Part shown: positions 16,015 through 31,300 of the stretch, piece by piece
Position numbering within the stretch: position 1 is the first letter of the stretch
Layout of the letters: every line of letters starts with the position of its first letter
Assembly: GCA_964016885.1 (NCBI GenBank)
Contig: OZ024740.1
Location: forward strand, 440,758,001 to 440,822,000
DNA from: Eledone cirrhosa
Taxonomy: Eukaryota
Length of the DNA stretch: 64,000 bases
Reading direction: 5' to 3'
Notes under the pieces: generated by a model
Told to the model about the DNA's origin: nothing
Seen by the model: the letters and a program-made list of their open reading frames with translations, nothing else
Databases searched by the model: none
Translations under genes and position numbers: made by a program

Positions 16015-16308
16015 TATAAAGAAAAAAAGATGAAATCGAAAATACAACTGGAGTCTTATTTTTTTTTAAATATATATTTTTTTATTTGGTTCCTTTACCG
16101 GTTTCGCAGTTCTTCTGCTTTTCAAAAGTAGACTTGAGATGTGAGAAAAGTAGAGTACAGATGTAAGAAAAACCACAGACCCTCCATCTCAACTCTACTT
16201 TTGAAAAGCAGAAGAACTGCGAAACCGGTAAAGGAACCAAATAAAAAAATATATATTTTTAAAAAAATAAGACTCCATCCAGTTGCATTTTCGATTTCAT
16301 CTTTTTTT

Positions 16309-16312
<4 letters not shown>
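16015..16312. mobile_element. Fold-back element with variant hammerhead in each arm
   Basis: ~125-bp arms. 16198-16234 reads ctt-ttgaaaa-gcag/ctgc-gaaac-cg-gta-aag. A tail fragment recurs at ~59219-59290. Confidence 0.7.
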
Positions 16313-16343
<31 letters not shown>

Positions 16344-16469
16344 CCACTCTCAAGAGCGTGAAACTAATAAACCTTTGTTCGTACTGCCTCTCTGTTTTGT
16401 TCCCGTTCGATTTTTCACTATATATATATATATATAAATGATTTAAAATGATTACTAGGAAATATTATA

Positions 16470-16527
<58 letters not shown>

Positions 16528-16601
16528 TAATTGAACAACAAATATATTATAGACACACTATATATTTCCGTGGGTACTTAGTACCTGTGGGGATATTAAT
16601 C

Positions 16602-16633
<32 letters not shown>

Positions 16634-16764
16634 ATGTAATCTGAGTTTTTCGAATATTAATAATAATATTCGATTCGTTTGCAATTATGCAAACAAGCCT
16701 CATTTCTAAAGCCATGTTAGTAGAATGAGGCCCTTATTCTTGCTCTTGTGTTGGCATGTAAACA

Positions 16765-16814
16765 GAACTGCAGTCACTAATGTTTCTGGGTATCACACTT
16801 CATCAGTACAGTTC
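16765..16814 (-). ncRNA. Type I hammerhead with core mutation (GAC instead of GUC)
   Basis: gaactgta-ctgatga...gaaac-attagt-gac-tgcagttc; paralogue at 18143-18192. Confidence 0.7.
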
Positions 16815-16957
16815 ACGGTTCAACTGCCAACTGTCAGAGCTAGTGAAAATATATTCTATTTTCTAAAACATACAGTGACTGGTCGGCCTGATTTGCATAT
16901 ATTAGCAGACTGGCCGCCGATCAGACAGATCTGCATATTTGCAGATCCACTGATCTG

Positions 16958-17072
<115 letters not shown>

Positions 17073-17162
17073 TATATATATATATATATAGTTTTAATAT
17101 AGATGAGATTCTACAGGACTAGAACTGTTTCATTCTTTACCTCCGATTCAATTCGGAATAAC

Positions 17163-17232
<70 letters not shown>

Positions 17233-17354
17233 TATTTGTTTGCTAAAATAATCAAATTAAATTAATTCAGCAGTTAAACACACATAGGACTAATAGGTTG
17301 TTACCACAGGGCCAGAAGATTGACAAGTCGACCCTAAATATTACTAATAGCTCT

Positions 17355-17742
17355 AGGAAAGCCATGAACGACATCTTTTTAACTTTGATTTTGAAAGTAG
17401 GTTTGTAATTATCAATTTTTATTATACTTTCGTTGATGTCTCTGTGGCCTAGTTGGAGGAATCATAGACGATGGTGATCCGGGTCCGAAGTTCGATCCTG
17501 GTCGGGAGTAGGTTTCCCGGTAAACCTTTTCAGTTTATTTTCTATGGGTTGTAAAATAAAAGCTGAAGAATGGTACTTGTACCTCTCGACCAGGATTGAC
17601 CCCAATGCGACGATCTCCACTGTTTCAAGGACCTACCGCTAGGCCACAGAGACAACTACGAAAATCTTATGAAAATTCCTACCTATAAACCTACTTTCAA
17701 AATTTTCAAAACAAAGTGTTGTGATGTCGTTCGTGTCTTTCT
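17355..17742. repeat. Degenerate palindrome containing two tRNA-like heads
   Basis: gtctctgtggcctag...gttcgatcctggtcg at 17438-17510 and an inverted copy at ~17580-17653; outer arms also match. Confidence 0.55.
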
Positions 17743-17858
17743 TAAGGTCAACTTCTAAATCATTTGGGTGTTCCATAAACTACATCCTCGTTTTCTTTCA
17801 CATCTATCTAGACTATATTTTAACCTGTAATCCATGTTCATTTCTGTCGCATATATAT

Positions 17859-17894
<36 letters not shown>

Positions 17895-18142
17895 AGTAGA
17901 AAGGATATTTAATTTGTTGAAAATACAAGAAATAAATATAAATGTTTATAACTGATTCAGAGCACTCGACACCATTCTGGAGTAAATATTGAATGATATT
18001 AAATAAATGGTATATTTATAAAACCATATTTATTCAATTATATATATTTCAAGGGTACCAAAATGTTCGTACCCTTGAAATATTTAAAGCTATGTCAGTA
18101 GAATGAACCCTTCATTCTTGCTGTTGTGTTGGCATGTAAACA

Positions 18143-18192
18143 GAACTGCAGACACTAATATTTATGGGTATCACCCTTCATCAGTACAGCTC
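18143..18192 (-). ncRNA. Type I hammerhead with core mutation (UAAA instead of GAAA)
   Basis: gagctgta-ctgatga-a-gggt/accc-a-taaa-tattagt-gtc-tgcagttc. Confidence 0.7.
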
Positions 18193-18398
18193 ACTGTTCA
18201 CCTGCTAACTGTCAGAGCTAATGAAAAATGATGGTATTTTCTAAAATATACAGTGACTGATCGGCCTGATATGCATACAATCGAATTATTAATATTCGAA
18301 AATATATATATATATATATGTTTTGCGAGGTTCATAAATAAATAAATAAAATAAAAATGGCGTACACACAACACAATAGGAGGGAACATGATAATAGT

Positions 18399-18440
18399 AC
18401 CACTGATGATGTTGCAGATGTGCAACGAAAGAACTTGTTA
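18399..18440 (+). ncRNA. Hammerhead with decayed stem I, in a pLTR related to 6520-6805
   Basis: ctgatga-t-gttgca/tgcaac-gaaa-gaac-tt, preceded by aaatggcgta as in the 6560 copy. Confidence 0.6.
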
Positions 18441-18624
18441 GACTATATATATGTATTTATATCTGTATTTTTGACCGTTGATCAGTCAATGACAAACATT
18501 GATGACCAAATAAATTAACTGTGGAGATATAAAAGCTGCAGAAGCGAAAACCAACCAAACAGTGAGTGTGTTCAGTCAGTTATTATTCCTGGCAATATTA
18601 TTACAACAATATGATCCTCCTCAA

Positions 18625-18655
<31 letters not shown>

Positions 18656-18704
18656 GTAATAATAGTAAATGTGAAGACTAAAATCCAAAGAGGGCTCGAT
18701 AAGG

Positions 18705-18739
<35 letters not shown>

Positions 18740-19189
18740 GAAGATCCCGTTAAGGGTGAAAGCAGTGATTCTTTGCTTAAACTTTAATCTGTCATTTTAA
18801 AATATATATATAGTGGTAGAACACTGGAAGGTAATATCCGTAGTGGCAGAGCACTCTGTCCATGGGACGAGTTAGGTAGAAGTGGTTACACAACAGTTAA
18901 TTCACCATACCGAGAACAATTGTTTCACCTTAGCGGATTCTCAGCTCGTAATGGACATGGTTATACTGAACAGGAAGGACAACCGTACGAACGCGCATGC
19001 GCAGAAACGATCACTTCACACAGGCAATACTAAAATTCGTGCGAGAGGTGTAAGGGAGATAACTGCGAAAGTCCGAAAAGTTTCTAGTTGATAAGAAAAT
19101 AAGGATGTTGTAATTCAACCCGGAGCTTTGTAGTTATGTAAGAGGTGTTTCGAGACGTGTGGACAACGTGGACAACGTGGGAAGAATTG

Positions 19190-19525
19190 ATTACTCATGT
19201 TTAGGCAATCAATATTGCATAATCTCTTTAGAATATTTATTCGTTCATCAATACATAGTCCACACGACGGATTTCCCCCTGCCTATGGCTTGGTCTTAGT
19301 GATGGCTTTCCATTGAATGGAGTAGTCTATACTTGAGTCCTTAAGGGACCATACGTGGTTCGCGAGTTTCGTGGATGAACGTCTGTCCGGGTACCTAAAG
19401 GTCGACTGGTGGTTCAGGAAGCGTTCCTTAAATGGGCCCTCCGCCATACCCACATAGGATTTGACCTCATGTGGTTGATTTGGTCGGCTGGAAGTGACCA
19501 CAGCTTCATAAACTACAGCGGGTGT
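19190..19525 (-). pseudogene. Naiad-like GIY-YIG endonuclease fragment
   Basis: YVGMAEGPFKERFLNHQSTFRY...LANHVWSLK...IQW; in-frame stop, then CGLC. Confidence 0.8.
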
Positions 19526-20591
19526 GTTGTATGTATGTGTATGTATGTTTATATCTATGAATGCGTATGTATGTTTTTAATGGAGTATCAATGTAATTAT
19601 ACCTCTATCTATATATGTGAATATATGTACTTTTGTGATCTAAGAAAATTATGCGTTTTGACTATATATCAACATGCATCTATCTGAGTTTGATTACTTC
19701 TACATTGACCCACTTGAAAATATTTACTATTTTATATTTTATGATACATCATACGCTATATTATACTATATACAATGTACCATACTGTACTATATTATAT
19801 TACATTATATTACATTATATTATATTATTATATTATTATATTTTATTATCTTATTATAATTTTCATCTTTTAATATACTATCCTTCCTAGTTATGACCAT
19901 TACTTTACCTATCTATATTTATCCTAGTTATCTCTGTATATTTTATATTTACTTATTTATATTCACCTAAAAATTCCATACAGCACAACTCAATATTTAA
20001 TTTTTATTCCTTTTTAAACTTCACTCCACCATCTACATTCCACTATTAATATAACAATCCTTTTTCTTCATAAGTTCTTTATAGTAATTCTATTTTTAAC
20101 ACCATTCAGCCATTCCTTTCAAAGGGTCATGACCTCAACTAAAGTAAGTTATATTTCATCTTAACACCATGTGGCAAAAACAATTTGATTGGTTTGTTCT
20201 TCAGCTACCTCCAAATAAGGTCATAGAACTCAATTTACTGTTGATTTTGAATAAATTTGCATTGTTTTTGACAACGGCTGATGATATACATGTAGGTAAA
20301 TATATTCCTTGTTTGATATTTTGTAACTAACCCTACATAGATCGATAACGAAATATGCGTACGATGTATTATTATCACCTAGAAACGATCGTAAAGTATA
20401 TTTCTAATAACTTGAATTTTTATTTCATTGTTTTCACTTATATGATGACTCTGTTTTCCTTTTGATGTTTTGTTGTTTTCAGGGATTTATTTTAACCTAC
20501 AACATTTTCAACATATGGATTACATTGAGTTCTTCATGCAGACTAAACCCCACAACTAACCGTGGATATTTCTGTATATATATATATATAT

Positions 20592-20689
<98 letters not shown>

Positions 20690-22917
20690 CCCTTATATAA
20701 TGCTTATATCTTTTCTCCACACACAGACCATAACAATCATATAAAGAATTTCCCACCAGATCAACCAACCTAACACTCTTCTTTACCTACCTAAGTGCTT
20801 CTACCACACATATCTCTCTGCCACACTATATAAACAAGACGCACGTGCTTGCTACACATATAACATTTGCACTATATAACCGCTTATCTTCATGTTGTAT
20901 TTTAACCTGTATTTTTGATTTTTGATTGTAACTTTTATTATGAATATAATCTCGAAGTGTGTACTGCCACTCTAAATGCTGTAATGAATGTTGACCCACA
21001 ATATTTGCATATGTATCGGTATGTCTCTTGGCTGAAAAGGAGGTCATATAACTGTCCATTGATTAATAAATTGTTCCGAAGTATCCAAACCTCGGTTTGG
21101 AGGAAACAGCTGTAAACACAATAATGTTTTGAACAGTTCTTTGATTCTTACATTTCATATAACTGCTCTGTAATTCATCTGATGTTTTTACATTGAGCTA
21201 CTTAACTTACTGGTAATAAGCTAGTAATACTTTACTGCCTACCACTATTTAGGGCTTGTATAAAAAATGCATATAACTGCTAAAGGGTTTTGTATTTTCA
21301 TAACCATAAATAGTACAATTAATACAATTAATACTATATATAACCCTCCATTTACTAGACAACGACTCTTATTTGTTTATTTATATCTCTACATCTTTAT
21401 TTGCTATATTAATGCTTTTCCACGTACTCTACCTCTATACATCCATGTACCTTGTACTCCCCTATTCGGAGTTTTACTCGCGTGTACCCTTATCACACGA
21501 CACTGGAATGTCTTCCCCCGGGAACATAAATACTGCAACCTGAACTATATTGTAATTCTCCTATGTCTTGATTTCTCCATCTTACTTTACTCCAACACCA
21601 CTCTTGTTGGTTTATTTACATATTTATATCTATATATTGATATGTTTATATATTTATACCTTTGCTTTACCAATGTGCTCTTCCACGTATTCCACTTCTA
21701 TGTATCCATGTATTTCTACTCCTCACATTGGGACCTGTACCCATTAGCACACGACACTAGAATGTCTCCCCCTGAGAACAAAAATAAATATTACACGACT
21801 TTATCCCGTACTCTACATCCCACTAGGATAAATTACAGATCTACATAATAGAATTAACGTTTCTTCATAAAAGACTCTATTTAATTAAACCCCGCAACCC
21901 AAAACCTCATAGAAGTTTTTTTTTAATGTTTAATTTCCAATTTTCTGTTTGTTCAATTCTCAATCTTCTTACTCTTTAATTTTGTAATGTTCTTCTGAAT
22001 TCTTTCAACTTCATCCTATAAAGTTAAGCAATATGTTAAGGTTCCAACTTTCTGTCGGACGGTTGGGTGGGTTTTAACGGCAGCGCGACCGGCCCCCTGG
22101 CGCACGGGCTTACCTGGAGTGCTTGGAAAAATAAACTTCCCCTTCTTTCGGTAAATGAAAATACTCGGCGTGGCTTAATTCGCCCTGGGGCACGGAGCGC
22201 GGCCGATGTTTTAACCGCCACATAGTACCTTAAATTACAGATCAAATCGGAACTATTAGATATATCAACCTGAAAATGTTAAACTGTTTAACGTTAGCTT
22301 TAAATTTTCCAAACTCTTTAATATTGAATATTGATTATTAATTTTTTAACTTCATCCTATAAGTCTAAACATTATAACACACTGACCCCCAATATATTCA
22401 CCTCTGCTAAGATACGGGTCCCTGTAAAAATTTTCTCGCGCCACTCCTGGCCTGACTGTAGTCTGACATTAATATCGACCTTTCTTCCTCTTTCTTTCTA
22501 TATTCCTCCTCGTAGCCTTCAACCCTTACTTTTCTACTTCTCCCTTCTCTTCTCCCCTCTTTCTGCCTTCCCCCCGCAGACTTATCTTCCTTCCCCCTTT
22601 TGTTTGCCTATATCTGACCGGTAGTAGTAGTAGTCTTTCTTCTTATAGCTTACATTAACCCTGGCTTCTCTTCTTCCTTCCCCCTTCTTCTCTCTCCTTC
22701 CTTTCTTTCTTCCTTTTATCCTGTGGCATTAACGCTAACTTACGTTCCCATCCCTTTCTGTTTTCGTTTATCTGACCGGTAGTAGCACACTGTAAACTTT
22801 AGCCACGTCACTCGAGGGCAACTGGCTGAGGTTGAAGGAGCAGGATAGCGGTCGCCCTCGGACATCGATTTTCAGCCCCATGGATTTTATCTATTACATT
22901 CACGTATTATATTTCGA

Positions 22918-22975
22918 ATACCTGATGATATCACCGGATTCATACGGAACCCGGTCATTGAAATGATCATAGTAT
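22918..22975 (+). ncRNA. Type I hammerhead
   Basis: atac-ctgatga-[accgg...ccggt stem II]-gaaa-tgatca-ta-gtat; AUA triplet; palindromic atgatcat. Confidence 0.8.
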
Positions 22976-23021
22976 AATAAACCTTTCAAGGATTTACACA
23001 AATCCAGCCTCCTGTCATTTC

Positions 23022-23081
<60 letters not shown>

Positions 23082-23767
23082 AAAATGGGGAGAAAAATAC
23101 TGCTGGTAGCACATGGATGACATGTAATAAAATAAGTCCCTCATCAGTGATTTGCCGACGATCATAGATATTTCATTGCATTAAAAATCATATACCGCAC
23201 GTCGGTGCAATAATAACTAAATTAAGTTATTAGGACAATTAAAACGCGTAAAGCGAGTGAGACAGGATAACAACAAAGAGTAGAGCTAACCGTAGAAGGA
23301 AGGAAACAAGCTTCATAGTTATTCTGTTAGCATAAGCTAGGTGAATATATGAGCGCTTAGAAAAAAGACCTTTCGCGAACGAATGCAATGTGAGAAAGAG
23401 AGAAATTGCTTTCGTCGCGAACGGGATGAAGTGAGGAGAGGAGAAACAGTGAGTGAGTGAGTGGAAGTGTGAGGAAGAGTTAACTGACATGACAGAGGGG
23501 GCGAAAGAAAGTAGGAGAAACAGAGAGAATGAGGGAGCAGTAAGAGAGAGAGAGAGAAAAAAACAGAATCGCAGTTTAGGTAAATATATGTGATATCTGT
23601 GTATATATATATATCTATATATATGTATATATATTGTCGGTTAAAGTTGTTAGGAGGTTACGTCTGGTGTAGGGTTTATACTTCAGTGTATTCCGGGGTT
23701 AAGGGGACAGTAACTTCTTCAGTGTAACAAGTAGGAACGAAGTCAACGGTGCACCTATATATAGAGA

Positions 23768-23867
23768 GAGAGTGTCCCAAAAAATGTATACACACTACAA
23801 TAGCATTCTAATAAATATTACCTGTACAAGTAATCAAAGTGTGTGTACATTGTTGGGGAACAACCTG
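23768..23867. mobile_element. Degenerate MITE, same family as 12474-12552
   Basis: Shared gtcccaaaaaatg-tacacact-agcattctaat and terminal cctg-ta. Confidence 0.55.
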
Positions 23868-23944
23868 TATATATAATTATATACACATATATAGACACAT
23901 ATACAGCCGAGGGCACGTATATATGTACACTTTTTTTTCAATAT

Positions 23945-24137
23945 AATTGTTTCAACTTTTGGTACAAGGCCAGCAATTATCCCAGTGTATTACTGGTACT
24001 TTATTTTATCGACCCCGTAAGGATGAAAGGCAAAGTTAACATCGGCGGGAATTGAACTCAGACCATAAAGGGACGTAACTCTATGCTAGAAAGCATGGCG
24101 TCCGACCCTCTACCCGATACTGCCAATAAACCGCCCC
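23945..24137 (-). mobile_element. Full-length tRNA-derived SINE
   Basis: A box tggcagtatcgg, B box gagttcaattcc; TSD ttttttttcaatataat. Confidence 0.9.
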
Positions 24138-25027
24138 TTTTTTTTTCAATATAATGTTGAAAGAATAAAATCAAATGATGTGATATAGTTTGTCGTTACA
24201 TGACGGATCTGTGATGCCAGATCGAACATTTCTAGGGTACAGATCCCTCTGTCATCTTTGAACTTGAAAGTAGTGTCAATTGGAATAACGTTTCTCAATG
24301 TACGATGTAACGATACGGCGGTGTTGAGAGAATAGCGTCTGTTAGCTTTAATATATACATATTGAATATTCGTGCAATAGAGTACCATGTCGTATTAAAA
24401 ACAAATGTTTTAACTACATATAATGTATTGTACTAGGGTTGATTATTTTGCATCAGATCCCAAGTACTTTTATTGCTTCACATAGGTTCGAGAACGATTT
24501 TAGACAGGAAAATCTAGTCCGTAAAGTTAAAATATCTCCACTACTAAAGAACGGGTCGCAGGTGACGGATAACAACACGGCCAGCAGATATGATGGTTAG
24601 TTGCGGTATAAGCGGGCAATTGGCGGACGAATAAGCAACACCGGACCAACAGCGGTTAACTACTAGGAGAGATGGTGCAATAGGTGACATCTGTAGCTCC
24701 AGAAAAGTCTCACAACCCAGTAATGTGGATGTAATTATATAGTTTTAAAACAAGAAAGGGAACGTTAAATTCTCCCATTTAAATAATTGTTCGGGGTTGC
24801 ACTAGAGAAAAAGGTAGTGAAGTTTGTTGACATATATTTTTTGTTTAGGATACACATTTACATCGTTTGTATATATCTGTGTATCTATCTACATATATAT
24901 ATATATATATCTATATATTTGTATATCTATATATCTATATATCTATATATCTATATAAATACATATCTATATATCTAGATATCTGTATAAATACATATCT
25001 ATACATCTATATATATCTATATATCTG

Positions 25028-25243
<216 letters not shown>

Positions 25244-25250
25244 CTATATC

Positions 25251-25310
<60 letters not shown>

Positions 25311-25319
<9 letters not shown>

Positions 25320-28300
25320 TAGAATATTCGAAAATATTCTGTATGTTTATAATAAACATTTTGAAGACCTAATCGCTATAGAATAGAATACGTCACGTAT
25401 TACAATTAGATTCTCGATAAAAGCAAGGGAAGTAATCTACGCGTTTCATTCTTGTTAGAAATCATCAGGACTACATATCCAGTGCTTTTATCGAGAATGA
25501 CACAGCTAGAGACTTATAGAATACTTAGCTGTGTACAGGAACTGGTTTGAAAGAGCGGTTGCCGGTCCGGCAGAAATTAGAAATTGGAATAAATGCTCTG
25601 AAATAGCGATATATATGTGAATATAGACATAGAATATTCGAAAATATTCTGTATGTTTATAATAAACATTTTGAAGACCTAATCGCTATAGAATAGAATA
25701 CGTCACGTATTACAATTAGATTCTCGATAAAAGCAAGGGAAGTAATCTACGCGTTTCATTCTTGTTAGAAATCATCAGGACTACATATCCAGTGTTTTAT
25801 CGAGAATGACACAGCTAGAGACTTATAGAATACTTAGCTGTGTACAGGAACTGGTTTGAAAGAGCGGTTGCCGGTCCGGCAGAAATTAGAAATTGGAATA
25901 AATGCTCTGAAATAGCGATATATATGTGAATATAGACATAGAATATTCGAAAATATTCTGTATGTTTATAATAAACATTTTGAAGACCTAATGGCTATAG
26001 AATAGAATACGTCACGTATTACAATTAGATTCTCGATAAAAGCAAGGGAAGTAATCTACGCGTTTCATTCTTGTTAGAAATCATCAGGACTACATATCCA
26101 GTGCTTTTATCGAGAATGACACAGCTAGAGACTTATAGAATACTTAGCTGTGTACAGGAACTGGTTTGAAAGAGCGGTTGCCGGTCCGGCAGAAATTAGA
26201 AATTGGAATAAATGCTCTGAAATAGCGATATATATGTGAATATAGACATAGAATATTCGAAAATATTCTGTATGTTTATAATAAACATTTTGAAGACCTA
26301 ATCGCTATAGAATAGAATACGTCACGTATTACAATTAGATTCTCGATAAAAGCAAGGGAAGTAATCTACGCGTTTCATTCTTGTTAGAAATCATCAGGAC
26401 TACATATCCAGTGCTTTTATCGAGAATGACACAGCTAGAGACTTATAGAATACTTAGCTGTGTACAGGAACTGGTTTGAAAGAGCGGTTGCCGGTCCGGC
26501 AGAAATTAGAAATTGGAATAAATGCTCTGAAATAGCGATATATATGTGAATATAGACATAGAATATTCGAAAATATTCTGTATGTTTATAATAAACATTT
26601 TGAAGACCTAATCGCTATAGAATAGAATACGTCACGTATTACAATTAGATTCTCGATAAAAGCAAGGGAAGTAATCTACGCGTTTCATTCTTGTTAGAAA
26701 TCATCAGGACTACATATCCAGTGCTTTTATCGAGAATGACACAGCTAGAGACTTATAGAATACTTAGCTGTGTACAGGAACTGGTTTGAAAGAGCGGTTG
26801 CCGGTCCGGCAGAAATTAGAAATTGGAATAAATGCTCTGAAATAGCGATATATATGTGAATATAGACATAGAATATTCGAAAATATTCTGTATGTTTATA
26901 ATAAACATTTTGAAGACCTAATCGCTATAGAATAGAATACGTCACGTATTACAATTAGATTCTCGATAAAAGCAAGGGAAGTAATCTACGCGTTTCATTC
27001 TTGTTAGAAATCATCAGGACTACATATCCAGTGCTTTTATCGAGAATGACACAGCTAGAGACTTATAGAATACTTAGCTGTGTACAGGAACTGGTTTGAA
27101 AGAGCGGTTGCCGGTCCGGCAGAAATTAGAAATTGGAATAAATGCTCTGAAATAGCGATATATATGTGAATATAGACATAGAATATTCGAAAATATTCTG
27201 TATGTTTATAATAAACATTTTGAAGACCTAATCGCTATAGAATAGAATACGTCACGTATTACAATTAGATTCTCGATAAAAGCAAGGGAAGTAATCTACG
27301 CGTTTCATTCTTGTTAGAAATCATCAGGACTACATATCCAGTGCTTTTATCGAGAATGACACAGCTAGAGACTTATAGAATACTTAGCTGTGTACAGGAA
27401 CTGGTTTGAAAGAGCGGTTGCCGGTCCGGCAGAAATTAGAAATTGGAATAAATGCTCTGAAATAGCGATATATATGTGAATATAGACATAGAATATTCGA
27501 AAATATTCTGTATGTTTATAATAAACATTTTGAAGACCTAATCGCTATAGAATAGAATACGTCACGTATTACAATTAGATTCTCGATAAAAGCAAGGGAA
27601 GTAATCTACGCGTTTCATTCTTGTTAGAAATCATCAGGACTACATATCCAGTGCTTTTATCGAGAATGAAACAGCTAGAGACGTATAGAATACTTAGCTG
27701 TGTACAGGAACTGGTTTGAAAGAGCGGTTGCCGGTCCGGCAGAAATTAGAAATTGGACTAAATGCTCTGAAATAGCGATATATATGTGAATATAGACATA
27801 GAATATTCGAAAATATTCTGTATGTTTATAATAAACATTTTGAAGACCTAATCGCTATAGAATAGAATACGTCACGTATTACAATTAGATTCTCGATAAA
27901 AGCAAGGGAAGTAATCTACGCGTTTCATTCTTGTTAGAAATCATCAGGACTACATATCCAGTGCTTTTATCGAGAATGACACAGCTAGAGACTTATAGAA
28001 TACTTAGCTGTGTACAGGAACTGGTTTGAAAGAGCGGTTGCCGGTCCGGCAGAAATTAGAAATTGGAATAAATGCTCTGAAATAGCGATATATATGTGAA
28101 TATAGACATAGAATATTCGAAAATATTCTGTATGTTTATAATAAACATTTTGAAGACCTAATCGCTATAGAATAGAATACGTCACGTATTACAATTAGAT
28201 TCTCGATAAAAGCAAGGGAAGTAATCTACGCGTTTCATTCTTGTTAGAAATCATCAGGACTACATATCCAGTGCTTTTATCGAGAATGACACAGCTAGAG

Positions 28301-31300
28301 ACTTATAGAATACTTAGCTGTGTACAGGAACTGGTTTGAAAGAGCGGTTGCCGGTCCGGCAGAAATTAGAAATTGGAATAAATGCTCTGAAATAGCGATA
28401 TATATGTGAATATAGACATAGAATATTCGAAAATATTCTGTATGTTTATAATAAACATTTTGAAGACCTAATCGCTATAGAATAGAATACGTCACGTATT
28501 ACAATTAGATTCTCGATAAAAGCAAGGGAAGTAATCTACGCGTTTCATTCTTGTTAGAAATCATCAGGACTACATATCCAGTGCTTTTATCGAGAATGAC
28601 ACAGCTAGAGACTTATAGAATACTTAGCTGTGTACAGGAACTGGTTTGAAAGAGCGGTTGCCGGTCCGGCAGAAATTAGAAATTGGAATAAATGCTCTGA
28701 AATAGCGATATATATGTGAATATAGACATAGAATATTCGAAAATATTCTGTATGTTTATAATAAACATTTTGAAGACCCAATCGCTATAGAATAGAATAC
28801 GTCACGTATTACAATTAGATTCTCGATAAAAGCAAGGGAAGTAATCTACGCGTTTCATTCTTGTTAGAAATCATCAGGACTACATATCCAGTGCTTTTAT
28901 CGAGAATGACACAGCTAGAGACTTATAGAATACTTAGCTGTGTACAGGAACTGGTTTGAAAGAGCGGTTGCCGGTCCGGCAGAAATTAGAAATTGGAATA
29001 AATGCTCTGAAATAGTCTATATTCACATATATATCGCTATTTCAGAGCATTTATTCCAATTTCTAATTTCTGCCGGACCGGCAACCGCTCTTTCAAACCA
29101 GTTCCTGTACACAGCTAAGTATTCTATAAGTCTCTAGCTGTGTCATTCTCGATAAAAGCACTGGATATGTAGTCCTGATGATTTCTAACAAGAATGAAAC
29201 GCGTAGATTACTTCCCTTGCTTTTATCGAGAATCTAATTGTAATACGTGACGTATTCTATTCTATAGCGATTAGGTCTTCAAAATGTTTATTATAAACAT
29301 ACAGAATATTTTCGAATATTCTATGTCTATATTCACATATATATCGCTATTTCAGAGCATTTATTCCAATTTCTAATTTCTGCCGGACCGGCAACCGCTC
29401 TTTCAAACCAGTTCCTGTACACAGCTAAGTATTCTATAAGTCTCTAGCTGTGTCATTCTCGATAAAAGCACTGGATATGTAGTCCTGATGATTTCTAACA
29501 AGAATGAAACGCGTAGATTACTTCCCTTGCTTTTATCGAGAATCTAATTGTAATACGTGACGTATTCTATTCTATAGCGATTAGGTCTTCAAAATGTTTA
29601 TTATAAACATACAGAATATTTTCGAATATTCTATGTCTTTATTCACATATATATCGCTATTTCAGAGCATTTATTCCAATTTCTAATTTCTGCCGGACCG
29701 GCAACCGCTCTTTCAAACCAGTTCCTGTACACAGCTAAGTATTCTATAAGTCTCTAGCTGTGTCATTCTCGATAAAAGCACTGGATATGTAGTCCTGATG
29801 ATTTCTAACAAGAATGAAACGCGTAGATTACTTCCCTTGCTTTTATCGAGAATCTAATTGTAATACGTGACGTATTCTATTCTATAGCGATTAGGTCTTC
29901 AAAATGTTTATTATAAACATACAGAATATTTTCGAATATTCTATGTCTATATTCACATATATATCGCTATTTCAGAGCATTTATTCCAATTTCTAATTTC
30001 TGCCGGACCGGCAACCGCTCTTTCAAACCAGTTCCTGTACACAGCTAAGTATTCTATAAGTCTCTAGCTGTGTCATTCTCGATAAAACACTGGATATGTA
30101 GTCCTGATGATTTCTAACAAGAATGAAACGCGTAGATTACTTCCCTTGCTTTTATCGAGAATCTAATTGTAATACGTGACGTATTCTATTCTATAGCGAT
30201 TAGGTCTTCAAAATGTTTATTATAAACATACAGAATATTTTCGAATATTCTATGTCTATATTCACATATATATCGCTATTTCAGAGCATTTATTCCAATT
30301 TCTAATTTCTGCCGGACCGGCAACCGCTCTTTCAAACCAGTTCCTGTACACAGCTAAGTATTCTATAAGTCTCTAGCTGTTTCATTCTCGATAAAAGCAC
30401 TGGATATGTAGTCCTGATGATTTCTAACAAGAATGAAACGCGTAGATTACTTCCCTTGCTTTTATCGAGAATCTAATTGTAATACGTGACGTATTCTATT
30501 CTATAGCGATTAGGTCTTCAAAATGTTTATTATAAACATACAGAATATTTTCGAATATTCTATGTCTATATTCACATATATATCGCTATTTCAGAGCATT
30601 TATTCCAATTTCTAATTTCTGCCGGACTGGCAACCGCTCTTTCAAACCAGTTCCTGTACACAGCTAAGTATTCTATAAGTCTCTAGCTGTGTCATTCTCG
30701 ATAAAAGCACTGGATATGTAGTCCTGATGATTTCTAACAAGAATGAAACGCGTAGATTACTTCCCTTGCTTTTATCGAGAATCTAATTGTAATACGTGAC
30801 GTATTCTATTCTATAGCGATTAGGTCTTCAAAATGTTTATTATAAACATACAGAATATTTTCGAATATTCTATGTCTATATTCACATATATATCGCTATT
30901 TCAGAGCATTTATTCCAATTTCTAATTTCTGCCGGACCGGCAACCGCTCTTTCAAACCAGTTCCTGTACACAGCTAAGTATTCTATAAGTCTCTAGCTGT
31001 GTCATTCTCGATAAAAGCACTGGATATGTAGTCCTGATGATTTCTAACAAGAATGAAACGCGTAGATTACTTCCCTTGCTTTTATCGAGAATCTAATTGT
31101 AATACGTGACGTATTCTATTCTATAGCGATTAGGTCTTCAAAATGTTTATTATAAACATACAGAATATTTTCGAATATTCTATGTCTATATTCACATATA
31201 TATCGCTATTTCAGAGCATTTATTCCAATTTCTAATTTCTGCCGGACCGGCAACCGCTCTTTCAAACCAGTTCCTGTACACAGCTAAGTATTCTATAAGT

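Noticed and set aside
20277-20400. Hammerhead with long stem II (ctgatga...gaaacgatcgta)
   Set aside because: No stem I pairing; at best a decayed copy.
23125-23180. Type II hammerhead on the minus strand (gaaa...tgat/atca-ctgatga)
   Set aside because: Stem II and stem III do not pair.
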